From Candidatus Sumerlaeia bacterium (GTDB lineage Bacteria > Sumerlaeota > Sumerlaeia > SLMS01 > JANRJK01), in contig JANRJK010000013.1 of assembly GCA_033764015.1 (NCBI GenBank), positions 448,001-512,000 of the forward strand: DNA of 64,000 nt, written 5' to 3'. Position numbers and translations under genes: made by a program. This document shows, piece by piece, positions 18,531 through 27,894 of this stretch. Numbering within the stretch: the first letter of the stretch is position 1; each line of letters starts with the position of its first letter. The notes beneath the pieces are model-generated. The model did not search any database. It saw only the letters and a program-made list of their open reading frames with translations, and was not told where the DNA came from.

Positions 18531-19283
18531 TCAGATGCTGAGGTACTTGAACAAGAACGTGGGGAAGTTCTTCACCACGAAGGCCACGAGGCGCCAGCGC
18601 CCCAGCACATAGACCTCTCGGCGCTTGGCGAGCGTCGCCGAAAGGATCGCCTCCGCCGCCTGCTTCGGGCTCGCCACCCAGAACAGGCCCGGCATCCCCT
18701 TCGTCATGGCGGTATCCACGAAGCCGGGCTTGATCGTCGTCACGCCGACGCCGTAGCGCGCCAGGCGCGTGTGGAGCGCTTCGAGGTAGTGCGCGAGGCC
18801 GGCCTTGGACGCGCCGTATACCGGGTTCCCGCGCCGCCCGCGGTCGCCCGCGATGCTCCCGATGCCGCAGATGTAGCCGGAGCGGGTGCGCTCGAAGCGC
18901 GTCGCCGCCTCGTTCAGCCAGGCCACGGCGCCCGCGAAGTTGACCGTGATCATCTCGAGGTCCTTCGCGGAACTGAATTCGTTCACCGCGACCTTCGGCA
19001 TCAAACCGGCGGCGAAGAACACCGCGTCCAGCCCGCCCAGCTCCGCCGTGATCCGCTGGAACAGCTCCGGAACTTCGGCGGCGTTCGCGACATCGTGCGG
19101 GTAGCAGAGCACGCGCGAGTCGCCAGCCTTCGCATTGATGCGGGCCGCGAGCTTCTCCAGTTCGTCGCCTCGGCGCGCCACCGCGGCGACCCGGGCGCCG
19201 CGCGCCGCCAGCGCGCGCACAAGAGCCGCCCCGATTCCCGAGGATGCGCCCACCACAATCGCTGTTCCGATCTTCTTGGCCAT
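18531..19283 (-). CDS. SDR-family NAD(P)-dependent oxidoreductase
   Basis: GASSGIG, GSIAGDRGR, YGASK, KPGFVDTAMT. Confidence 0.92.
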   Translation of the reverse strand: MAKKIGTAIVVGASSGIGAALVRALAARGARVAAVARRGDELEKLAARINAKAGDSRVLCYPHDVANAAEVPELFQRITAELGGLDAVFFAAGLMPKVAVNEFSSAKDLEMITVNFAGAVAWLNEAATRFERTRSGYICGIGSIAGDRGRRGNPVYGASKAGLAHYLEALHTRLARYGVGVTTIKPGFVDTAMTKGMPGLFWVASPKQAAEAILSATLAKRREVYVLGRWRLVAFVVKNFPTFLFKYLSI

Positions 19284-19315
19284 GTCGCCATCCGGGACCC
19301 TGAGCCGTGGCCGGG

Positions 19316-22300
19316 TCAACCCGCCCCCGCGCTCTCCAGCAGCCCGCTCTCCTCGATCTTGTCGAACCGCACGCTCACCACCTTCGAGACGCCGGGCTCC
19401 TGCATCGTCACGCCGTAGATCGTGTCGGCCAGCGACATGGTGATCTTGTTGTGCGTGATGATGAGGAACTGCGTCATGTGGGAGAACTCCTTGATGACGT
19501 TGCAGAAGCGCTGGACATTCGCGTCGTCCAGCGGCGCGTCCACCTCGTCGAGCACGCAGATCGGCGACGGGCGGAACTGGAAGAGCGCCAGCATCAGCGC
19601 GATCGCCGTGAGCGCCTTCTCGCCGCCCGACATGAGCGTGATCGACCCGCCGATGTTCTTGCCCGGCGGCTGCGCCCAGATCTCGATGCCGGGCTCGGGC
19701 TGCGTCTCCGACTCCACCAGGATGAGGTCGCCCTTTCCGCCGCTGAAGAGGCGGCGGAAGATGTCCACGAAGTGCCCGCGGATCGTTGCGTACGCCTCGT
19801 CGAAGAGGCGGCGCGTGGTCTCGTCGATCTCCGCGATCGTCTTGCGGAGCGACTCCTTCGCGGCCACCAGGTCGTCCCGCTGGGCGGTGAGGAAGTCGAG
19901 CCGCTCCTTCGCCTGCGCGTAGTCCTCGATGGCGGCCTCGTTCACCGGGCCGAGGCGCTGGATGCGCTCCTTCAGCTCCGTCACGAGGCGGCGCAGCTCC
20001 TGCGGGTTGGCGATCTCGTCGTCGGCCAGCTCGTCGCGGCTGGGCTCCTCGCCCTCGCCGTCGTCGGAGCCGTCCGGCGCGGCGATGGCGGCGCTCTCGG
20101 CGACCTCCTTCGCGGCCAGCTCCGCCGCGATCTCTTCGAGCGTCATGCCGAACTCGTCGGCGGCCTCGCGCTCGACCGACTCGACCTCGACGCGCAGCTC
20201 CGCGTGGCGGATCTCCGCGGCGCGGAGCGTGTTGTCGCGCTCGTTGCGGCGGCGGAGCAGCTCCTGCTGCGCCGCGCGCGCCTCGTTCGCCGCCTTCGCG
20301 AGCGCCGCGTTGTCCGAGGCGATCTCGTCCACGCGGGCCTTCAGCGTGTCGCGCTCGCCGACCAGCTTCGCGATCTGCTCCTCGCCGAGCTCCGCTTCGA
20401 GGGCGAGCTTCTCGAGTTCCGCGTCGAGGCGGCGGCGCTCCTCGGCGCGCCCGCCGATCTCCTCGCGGGCGCGGTCGCGGTCGCGGACCAGGTCGGCCAG
20501 CTTGCCGCGGAAGGAGGCGTCGCGCTCGCGGAGCGCGCCCACCTCGACGCGGAGCGTCGCGGCGGCTTCGCCCGCGGCCTCGAGGCGCGCGATGTCCTCG
20601 CGCAGCGTCGCGTCGCCGTTGTCGAGGCGTCCGCGCATCTCCTCGAGCTGCGCGCGGATCGCGGCGAGCGCCTCCTCGCAGTTGGCGATGGTCTCGGTGT
20701 GGCGGCGGCGGTCCTCGCGCTGCTGCACCGCGCGGGCGTCCGCGACCGCGAAGGCGTTGCGGCGGTCCCTGCGGCGCGCCTCGGCCGCCTGAACGTCCTT
20801 CTCCGCGCGCGCCTCCGCCATCTGCAGCTCGTGCTGGCGCGCCTGAAGCGCCGCGGCGCGGGCGTGCAGCTCGCCGTGGCGGTCTTTCGCCGACTGCAGC
20901 TCGGCGCGCGCGCCCGCCGCTTGGCGTTCGAGGTCCGACTTGAGCGCGCGCAGCTCGGCGATTTCGCGGGCGCGCGTCAGCAGGCCCTTGGTCTTGTGCG
21001 AGCCGCCGCTCAGCACGCCGCGCGGGTTCACGATGTCGCCCTGTAGCGTCACGTAGCGCTGGCGCATCCCCTCGCGCTCGAGGTCCACCGCCACGTCGAG
21101 GTGCTCGACCACGATGGTGTTGCCGAAAAGGTAGCGCACTGCGGGTTCGAGCGACTTGTCGTACTTGACCAGATCGCGCGCGAGGCCCACCACGCCGCGG
21201 CGCCCCAGGATGCGGTCGACGCCGTGCCCGCCGAAGTCCGCGTGCAGGAAGTCGAGCGGTAGGAAGGTCGCGCGGCCGAGATTGTGCTCCTTCAGGAAGC
21301 GGATCGCCGCCTTCGACTGCTCGACCGTCTGCGTCACGATGTCCTGCAGGTCGCCGCCGAGCGCCACCTCCATCGCCACATCGTAGTCGCCGGGGACCTC
21401 GATCAGGTTCGAGACCACGCCGACGATGCCCTTCAGGCGCCCGTTCGACGCCGCGAGCATTACTTCCTTCACGCCCTTGAAGTAGCCTTCGAAGCTGTCC
21501 TCCAGCTCCTGCAGCGCGGCATGGCGCGACGCCGCCTGCTGCAGGCGCCGCTGCAACTCGTCCACGCGGCGCGAAAGCTCCTCGCGCGCCTTGTCGCTCT
21601 GGCCGATGGCGGCGCGCACTTCCTCGCGCTCCCGCACCACGCCCTGCAGATCGCCGCGCACGCGCTCCAGCTCCGAGCGGTGGCGCTCCGCCTCGGCGGC
21701 GGACTCGTCCGCCTCCGCCCGCAGGCGCTCGACCGTCTCGCCGTGCTGCGAGAGCTCCCCTTCCAGCTTCGCCACCAGCGCCGACGCCAGCCGCTGATCG
21801 TTCTCGAGCGCCGAGCGCTTCGCCTCGAGCCGCGCCAGGTCGCCGCGCAGCGTGTCGCCCGCCCGGCGGCGCCCGTCCAGCGCCCGGCGGAACTCGTCGA
21901 GCTCCTGCTGCGCCGCGCGCAGTTCCGACTCCTTCGCGCGGAGCAGTTCCGTCTGCGCCGCCGCCTGCGCTTCGAGTTCCACGAGCGTCTTGTCCAGAAT
22001 CGCCACGCGCGAGCCGGCGGACTCGCGCTCGCGCTCCAGCGCGGTCGCGCGCTCCGCGAGCGACTGGCGCCGCTGGCGAACCAGCTCGAGCTGGTGCTGC
22101 TCGCGGGCCAGCGCGTTCTGCCGCTCGTAGAGCTGCGCGGTGCGCTGCTGCAGGTCGCGCTGGAACTCGTCGAGCCGCTGCCGCGCCTCGGTCTCGCGCA
22201 GTTCCACCGTGGCCAGTTCCGCCGCCGCCGCCTCGAAGGCGGACTTGGCGTCGGCGAAGCGCGCCTTCGACTCCGCGAACGCCGCGGTCGCGGCCTGCCA

Positions 22301-23005
22301 GCGCAGGTGCAGCGCGCGCTTCTGCACGCGCCGCAGCCGCCTCACCAGGCGCCGGAAGCGCTCCGCCTTCTTCGCCTGCCGGTAGAGCGTGCCCGCGGAC
22401 TTCTCGACCTCCGAGATGTGGTCGAAGAGGCGCACCAAGTCTTCTTCCGTGCGCACCAGCTTGCGGAGCGTCTCCTCGCGGCGCGCCTTGTAGCGCGAGA
22501 TGCCCGCGGCCTCCTCGAAGATCTCGCGCCGTTGCTCCGGCCGCGCTGCGACCAGCTCGCCGATGCGGCCCTGCTCGATCACCGAATAACCGTCCGCGCC
22601 GAGGCCGGTGTCCATGAACAGCTCATGGACGTCGCGCATGCGGCAGCGCGCTTTGTTGGCGTAGTACTCCGAATCGCCGTTCGCGAAGAGGCGCCGCTGG
22701 ATCGACACCTCGGAGGCGTCCACCGGCAGGGTGCCGGCGGCGTTGTTGCACGTCAGCGTGACCTGCGCCATGCCGGAGGGCTTGTGCCCCGCGGAGCCAC
22801 GGAACAGCACGTCCGCCATCTTGCCGCCGCGGAGCGACTTCGCGCTCGTCTCGCCGAGGACCCACTTGAGGCCGTCGAGCACGTTCGACTTACCGCAGCC
22901 GTTCGGGCCGACGATCACCGTCACGCCGTCGAGGAAGTCGATGGAGACCTTGGATTGGAAGCTCTTGAAGCCGTGCAGTTCGAGGCGTTGCAGGAACTTG
23001 GACAT
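19316..23005 (-). CDS. smc: Chromosome segregation protein SMC
   Basis: GFKSF, Walker A GPNGCGKSN, hinge GRATFLPL/GVLSGG, signature MSGGEKAL, Walker B/D-loop LDEVDAPLD, ITHNK. Confidence 0.98.
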   Translation of the reverse strand: MSKFLQRLELHGFKSFQSKVSIDFLDGVTVIVGPNGCGKSNVLDGLKWVLGETSAKSLRGGKMADVLFRGSAGHKPSGMAQVTLTCNNAAGTLPVDASEVSIQRRLFANGDSEYYANKARCRMRDVHELFMDTGLGADGYSVIEQGRIGELVAARPEQRREIFEEAAGISRYKARREETLRKLVRTEEDLVRLFDHISEVEKSAGTLYRQAKKAERFRRLVRRLRRVQKRALHLRWQAATAAFAESKARFADAKSAFEAAAAELATVELRETEARQRLDEFQRDLQQRTAQLYERQNALAREQHQLELVRQRRQSLAERATALERERESAGSRVAILDKTLVELEAQAAAQTELLRAKESELRAAQQELDEFRRALDGRRRAGDTLRGDLARLEAKRSALENDQRLASALVAKLEGELSQHGETVERLRAEADESAAEAERHRSELERVRGDLQGVVREREEVRAAIGQSDKAREELSRRVDELQRRLQQAASRHAALQELEDSFEGYFKGVKEVMLAASNGRLKGIVGVVSNLIEVPGDYDVAMEVALGGDLQDIVTQTVEQSKAAIRFLKEHNLGRATFLPLDFLHADFGGHGVDRILGRRGVVGLARDLVKYDKSLEPAVRYLFGNTIVVEHLDVAVDLEREGMRQRYVTLQGDIVNPRGVLSGGSHKTKGLLTRAREIAELRALKSDLERQAAGARAELQSAKDRHGELHARAAALQARQHELQMAEARAEKDVQAAEARRRDRRNAFAVADARAVQQREDRRRHTETIANCEEALAAIRAQLEEMRGRLDNGDATLREDIARLEAAGEAAATLRVEVGALRERDASFRGKLADLVRDRDRAREEIGGRAEERRRLDAELEKLALEAELGEEQIAKLVGERDTLKARVDEIASDNAALAKAANEARAAQQELLRRRNERDNTLRAAEIRHAELRVEVESVEREAADEFGMTLEEIAAELAAKEVAESAAIAAPDGSDDGEGEEPSRDELADDEIANPQELRRLVTELKERIQRLGPVNEAAIEDYAQAKERLDFLTAQRDDLVAAKESLRKTIAEIDETTRRLFDEAYATIRGHFVDIFRRLFSGGKGDLILVESETQPEPGIEIWAQPPGKNIGGSITLMSGGEKALTAIALMLALFQFRPSPICVLDEVDAPLDDANVQRFCNVIKEFSHMTQFLIITHNKITMSLADTIYGVTMQEPGVSKVVSVRFDKIEESGLLESAGAG

Positions 23006-23112
23006 GGGCTTGTGCAACCTCAGCGGGAACGGAGTCCGAACGGTCGCCCCAGCGGGCAGAACGGGAACGGGGTTGGAACAACGTCAAGCTGTTTGGGTTG
23101 CGCGCGCAAGGA

Positions 23113-23172
23113 TTTTCCAGCCCCCGCGCCAAGCTGTGGATAAACGGGTGGATACTATTCCTTGTATCCAGC
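23113..23172. promoter_or_regulatory. Cluster of DnaA-box-like sites upstream of smc
   Basis: A perfect TGTGGATAA (reverse complement of TTATCCACA) at 23135-23143, with degenerate copies at 23147-23155, 23164-23172 and 23113-23121. Confidence 0.55.
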
Positions 23173-23179
23173 CGCCCGG

Positions 23180-26002
23180 TCAGGGCCGGGATTCAGTATC
23201 CTCCGGCGCCTTGCCATCCAGGATCTCGCGCATCCGCCGCAGCAACAGGTCTGCGTCGTAGGGCTTCTGGATCATGTGGAAGGACTCGTCCATGGTGAGG
23301 TCGAAGGAGCTGGCGCCAAGGCTGTAGCCGGAGGTGAACAAAACCGGCAGCGCGGGCTCCTTCGCCCGGATCAGGCGCGCGGCCTCGCGGCCCCCCATTC
23401 GCGGCATCACCAGGTCCGACACCAGCATCTTGATCCGCTCCCGGTGCTCCTCGTGGAGCCGCACGGCCACCTCGCCGTTCTCCGCCGCCAGCACGCGGTA
23501 GCCCGCCTCCTCGAGCACGCGGATCACGGAAAGCCGCACCGCCTCTTCGTCCTCCGCGAGCAGAATCGTTTCCGACCCCCCCGGCGCGTCCCCCGTCTTC
23601 GGGGGCACCAGCGTGGACTTCACGCGCCCCTTCACGATCGGCAGGAAGAGGTCGAAGGTGGTGCCGGCACCGACCTGCGACCTCATCAGCATAAATCCGT
23701 CGTGCTGCTGGACGATGCCGAAGACCGTGGCGAGGCCCATGCCGGTGCCCTTGCCGGGCTCCTTGGTGGTGAAGAACGGCTCGAAAATCTTCGTCGCGAT
23801 CTCCTGCGGGATGCCGCACCCGGTGTCGGAAACGCTGAGGCGGACGAACTCGCCCTCGCGGGCGCCCGGCTGCTCCGCCGCGAAGAACGGATCCACCAGC
23901 ACGTTCTTGATCTTGATGGTGATCGTGCCGCCGTTCGGCATCGCGTCGCGCGCGTTCACGCAGAGGTTGACGAGCACCTGCTGGAGCTGCCCCACGTCCG
24001 CGTTGACCGTGCAGATGTCGTAGCCGGGGATCAGCTCGAGCGAGATGTTCTCGCCGATCACGCGGCGCAGCATCGACATCACGTCCTTCACCACTTCGTC
24101 CAGCGCGAGATCCTGCCGCTGGAGGATCTGGCGGCGGCCGTAGGCGAGGAGCTGCTTCGTCAGCGTCGTCGCGCTGCGCGCCGCCTTCAGGATCTGGTCC
24201 AGGTCGCGGAAGGTGCGCGACTCCGGATCGACGGAGCGCATGGCGAACTGCGTGTACGTGGTGACGACCTGCAGCAGGTTGTTGAAGTCGTGCGCGATGC
24301 CGCCCGCGAGCTGCCCCACCGCCTCCATCTTCTGCGCCTGGAGGAGCTGCCCCTCGAGCTTGCGCTTCTCCTCCTCCGCCCGCTTGCGCTCCGTGATGTT
24401 GAGGATCACACCCTCGACGGCGCGCTCGCCCGATTCGGTCATCACGGGGCGGCCGACCTCCTGGACCCACAGGATGGCGCCGGTGGAGGTGGCGATGCGG
24501 TACTCGACGGAGTAGTCGCTGTCGCGGCCGATGGCGCCCGAGATCGCCGCGATGGTCGCGTACCGGTCCTCCGGGTGGATCAGGTCGGCGTAGCGCTTGG
24601 GGCCGGAGCCCTCCTCGACCAGTTCATCGGTGCGGTAGCCGGTGAGCTCAGCGGCGCCTTCGCTGACGAAGAGCATGCGTCCCGGCGAGCTCGCCCGGGC
24701 GCGGAACGCGACGCCGGGGATGTTCTTGATGAGCGTCCGCAGCCGTCGCAGCGCGGCGCGCAGCTCCGCCGCGCGCTGGTCCACCAGCTCTTCCAAGTGT
24801 GTCCGGTAGCGCTCCAGCTCCAGCTCCGCCAGCTTGCGCTCCGTGATGTCCCGCAGGATCGCGTGGAAGCCCACGGGGTGGCCGCCGCGCATCACGAGGC
24901 GGACCGTCTGCTCGACGTGGCGCCGCTCGCCGTGCTTGGTCTCGATGGCGAACTCGTGCTTCGTCTCCGGCGCCATGCTTCGGTACTGCTGGAGGTAGAA
25001 CCGGAAGATCGCCTCGCGGTCCTCCACGGCGACCAGCTTCGTGAAGTGTCGCCCGATCAGCTCGTCGCTCGTGAACCCGGTGAAGCGGAGGCAAAGCGGG
25101 TTCACGTAGTTGAAGCGCCCGCTGGCGTCCGTGGTGTAGATCAGGTCGCCGGCCTCCTCGACCATCTGGCGGAAGCGGCGCTCGTTCTCCTCGAGGCGGC
25201 GCTGGTCCTCCAGCTCCCGCGTGATGTCGGTGATCACGCCGACCCAGTGCGAGAAGGCGCCGGAGGGGCCGCTGATCGGAAAGGCGCTCATGCGCGCCTC
25301 GAAGTCCGCGCCGTCCTTGCGGTACATCGTGATCCGCACCGTGAAGGGCTTGAACTCCCGGAAGCTCGGGCGCGTTTCGTCGGCCTTCCGCGGGTCGGTC
25401 TTCGGGCCGTAAAGCAGCATGGGCGACCGCCCCACAACCTCCTCCGCGGAGTACCCGGTCAGCCGCTCGAAGGCGGGGTTCACGTAGGTGATCTTCGGCG
25501 CGGCGGTCTCGGAGGGCTCCGCGACGCGGGAGACGATGACGCTTTCCGAGGCGTTGGTGACGACGGAGCTCATGAGCCGCAGGCGCTCCGCGTCCGCCTC
25601 GCGGGCAGTGACGTCCTGCGCCAGCGCGAGCACGCCGATCGCTTCGCCGCGCTCGTCGCGCAGGATGTGGCTGAACCACTCGACCCGGATCCGGCGCCCG
25701 TCCTTCGTGAGGTTCGTATGGACCGTGTGCCGCTCGCTGCCGGCTTCGGCGACCTTGCTGAAGTAGGTCCGCACGCCGTCGCGGTCCTCCGGCGGGACGT
25801 GGAACTCGAGGAACGGGCGGCCCAGCACCTCCTCCGGCGTCCAGCCGAAGAGGCGCTCGGCGGCGGCGTTCCACCGCATCAGCACCCCCGAGCGGTCCGC
25901 GACGCTGATGGCGAGGGGGAAGTTCTCGATCACGTCCTGGAACGCGGCGGCGGCGGCGGCGACCGCGTCGCCCACCGGAGCCTGCCTGGAGCCGTCACCC
26001 AT
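23180..26002 (-). CDS. Cytoplasmic multi-PAS hybrid sensor histidine kinase/response regulator
   Basis: Four PAS/PAC units; H-box GGIAHDFNNLL; NLCVNARDAM; PFFTTKEPGKGTGMGL; receiver ILLAEDEE...SDLVMP...KP; GGAGG upstream of the ATG. Confidence 0.95.
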   Translation of the reverse strand: MGDGSRQAPVGDAVAAAAAAFQDVIENFPLAISVADRSGVLMRWNAAAERLFGWTPEEVLGRPFLEFHVPPEDRDGVRTYFSKVAEAGSERHTVHTNLTKDGRRIRVEWFSHILRDERGEAIGVLALAQDVTAREADAERLRLMSSVVTNASESVIVSRVAEPSETAAPKITYVNPAFERLTGYSAEEVVGRSPMLLYGPKTDPRKADETRPSFREFKPFTVRITMYRKDGADFEARMSAFPISGPSGAFSHWVGVITDITRELEDQRRLEENERRFRQMVEEAGDLIYTTDASGRFNYVNPLCLRFTGFTSDELIGRHFTKLVAVEDREAIFRFYLQQYRSMAPETKHEFAIETKHGERRHVEQTVRLVMRGGHPVGFHAILRDITERKLAELELERYRTHLEELVDQRAAELRAALRRLRTLIKNIPGVAFRARASSPGRMLFVSEGAAELTGYRTDELVEEGSGPKRYADLIHPEDRYATIAAISGAIGRDSDYSVEYRIATSTGAILWVQEVGRPVMTESGERAVEGVILNITERKRAEEEKRKLEGQLLQAQKMEAVGQLAGGIAHDFNNLLQVVTTYTQFAMRSVDPESRTFRDLDQILKAARSATTLTKQLLAYGRRQILQRQDLALDEVVKDVMSMLRRVIGENISLELIPGYDICTVNADVGQLQQVLVNLCVNARDAMPNGGTITIKIKNVLVDPFFAAEQPGAREGEFVRLSVSDTGCGIPQEIATKIFEPFFTTKEPGKGTGMGLATVFGIVQQHDGFMLMRSQVGAGTTFDLFLPIVKGRVKSTLVPPKTGDAPGGSETILLAEDEEAVRLSVIRVLEEAGYRVLAAENGEVAVRLHEEHRERIKMLVSDLVMPRMGGREAARLIRAKEPALPVLFTSGYSLGASSFDLTMDESFHMIQKPYDADLLLRRMREILDGKAPEDTESRP

Positions 26003-26094
26003 GGGGCGCCCTCCGCGGGGAAGATGCACCATCAGCCCCGGGGCGCGCCGCTCGCGCAAGCCCGGGCTCGTCCGGCCCCCCCCAGAGGATTCCG

Positions 26095-26122
26095 TTGACC
26101 GCCCGGGGGCTTGGGCAAGAAT
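26095..26122 (+). promoter_or_regulatory. Putative sigma70-type promoter for the DegT-like gene
   Basis: TTGACC-N16-AAGAAT about 60 nt upstream of the ATG at 26181. Confidence 0.3.
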
Positions 26123-26180
26123 CGCAGGCTCGCCCGCCACGCCAACGAAGACGGGCCGCAACCAATCGAGGACCTACTCC

Positions 26181-27290
26181 ATGGCTGTCTCGCTGACCGA
26201 CTACTCATCCTTGAACGACCACCTGATCGACGAGTACCTGGAGGACGTCCGCGCCATCTTCGAATCGGGGCAGTTCGCCGCCGGCTCGAGCGTGCAGAAG
26301 TTCGAGGAGCAGATGGCCCGCTTCAACAACTGCAAGCACGCGGTCGGCGTGAAGAGCGGCACCGACGCGCTCGTGATCTGCCTGAACGCGCTCGGCATCG
26401 GAGCCGGCGACGAGGTCCTCATGCCGGTCCTCGCCCCCGCTTCGCTCGCGCTCTCGGTCGCCCGCCTCGGAGGCACCCCGGTCTTCGTCGACGTCCGCCA
26501 GGACTCGTTCACCATGGACCCGGACCAGGCGATCGCGTCGCTCAGCACCGCGAAGACCAAGGCGATCATCGTCCACCACACCTTCGGCCTGTCCGCAGAG
26601 ATCGACCGCATCATGACGGTGGCCCGCACCTACTCGGTCCCCGTGATCGAGGACGTCACCGCTGCCGCGGGCGGGCGGTTCCACGGCCGCCGCCTCGGTT
26701 CCTTCGGCAATTTCTCGTGCTACGACTTCGGCCCCTCCGCGGTGCTTTCCTCCGCCGGGAGCGCTGGCGCGATCGTCTCGAACGACGACAACTTCGTCGA
26801 GCACTTCCGCCGCCTCCGCCTGCAGGGCGCCGGCGCGTCCGGCATCGAGGCCATCGGCTACGACGCCATGATGGACGCCGTGCAGGCGGCCTTCATGATC
26901 CGCAAGCTGGCCGAGCACGATGACAACAACCTGGACCGCGTTGCCAACGCCCGCATGTATTCCCAGCTCTTCGAGGACAGCGCCGTGGTCGGCCCCCCGG
27001 TCCGCGACGACCTTAGCCACATATACTCCGAGTACGTGATCCAGGTGTCCGACCCGCAGGCGCTGGTGGACCACCTGAAGGAGAAGGAGATCGAGGCCGC
27101 GATCCCGTCGATCCGTCCGCTCCACCTCGAGCCGGCCTTCGCCTACCTGAACTACCAGCAGGGGGCCTTCCCGGTCGCGGAGGAGGCGGCGCAGCGCCTC
27201 GTCTCTATCCCCGTCACGCCGGGCCTGAAGAAGTCGCAGGTGAACGAGGTCGCCTCGGCGATCCTCGCCTTCTACGGCGTCCCCGCCTGA
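26181..27290 (+). CDS. DegT/DnrJ/EryC1/StrS aminotransferase-fold protein lacking the PLP-binding lysine
   Basis: SGTDAL, GIGAGDEV, PVFVDV, KTKAII and VIED are present. The SFYPTKNL-equivalent segment reads DFGPSAVL. Confidence 0.85.
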   Translation: MAVSLTDYSSLNDHLIDEYLEDVRAIFESGQFAAGSSVQKFEEQMARFNNCKHAVGVKSGTDALVICLNALGIGAGDEVLMPVLAPASLALSVARLGGTPVFVDVRQDSFTMDPDQAIASLSTAKTKAIIVHHTFGLSAEIDRIMTVARTYSVPVIEDVTAAAGGRFHGRRLGSFGNFSCYDFGPSAVLSSAGSAGAIVSNDDNFVEHFRRLRLQGAGASGIEAIGYDAMMDAVQAAFMIRKLAEHDDNNLDRVANARMYSQLFEDSAVVGPPVRDDLSHIYSEYVIQVSDPQALVDHLKEKEIEAAIPSIRPLHLEPAFAYLNYQQGAFPVAEEAAQRLVSIPVTPGLKKSQVNEVASAILAFYGVPA

Positions 27291-27348
27291 CGGCACTGGC
27301 GCTCGAAGCCGGACGATCCGCGCTTCCCATGATCCCTGATCCAATCCC

Positions 27349-27397
27349 CGGCGGCGGGAACACGGTCCGAGCGACCGCGTTCCCGCCGCCGCCTTTT
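27349..27397 (+). terminator. Rho-independent terminator-like hairpin
   Basis: CGGCGGCGGGAACACGGTC / GACCGCGTTCCCGCCGCCG stem followed by CCTTTT. Confidence 0.65.
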
Positions 27398-27429
27398 GCG
27401 CCCATCCCCACCCGCGAGGTCGCCCCGCC

Positions 27430-27894
27430 GTGCATCTAGCCGCCGCCTTCAAGTGGTTCTTCAAGATCCTCCGGGAGGGCGAGCCCGCGCCCCCCGCCCC
27501 CGTCTTCGCCAGTTCCTCCGAGCCCGCCATCCAGCTCCTCGGCTTGCTCCAGAAGGAAGGCCGCCTGGTCGACTTCCTGATGGAGGACATGTCGGGCTTC
27601 TCCGATGCCGAGATCGGCGCCGCCGCGCGCGACATTCACGGCAAGTGCCGCAACCTGCTCAAGGAGCGCGCCGCCCTCGAGCCGGTCGTGCCGCAGGCGG
27701 AGGGCGCTCCGATCGAGGTGCCGGCGGGCTTCGACGCCTCCGCGATCCTGCTCTCCGGCAACGTCTCCGGCGCGGGGCCTTTCAAGGGCACCGTGAACCA
27801 CCGCGGCTGGCGCGTCGCGCGGCTCGACCTGCCCACCGTGCCCCACGGCGCCGACCCGAAGGTCGCCGCGCCCGCGGAGGTCGAGGTCCGATGA
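27430..27894 (+). CDS. DUF2760-domain protein
   Basis: AIQLLGLLQKEGRLVDFLMED...IGAAARDIH...HRGW...APAEVEV; coupled to an Hsp70 gene, as is typical for this family. Confidence 0.85.
   Translation: MHLAAAFKWFFKILREGEPAPPAPVFASSSEPAIQLLGLLQKEGRLVDFLMEDMSGFSDAEIGAAARDIHGKCRNLLKERAALEPVVPQAEGAPIEVPAGFDASAILLSGNVSGAGPFKGTVNHRGWRVARLDLPTVPHGADPKVAAPAEVEVR

Noticed and set aside
19316..23005. Wadjet/MksB or SbcC-type defence or repair SMC
   Set aside because: It has a canonical hinge-containing housekeeping SMC sequence with no jet, mks or sbcD neighbours.
23020..23175. Chromosomal replication origin
   Set aside because: There is only one perfect DnaA box in a short region, with no AT-rich DUE and no dnaA, dnaN or gidA nearby. 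It is kept only as a regulatory candidate.
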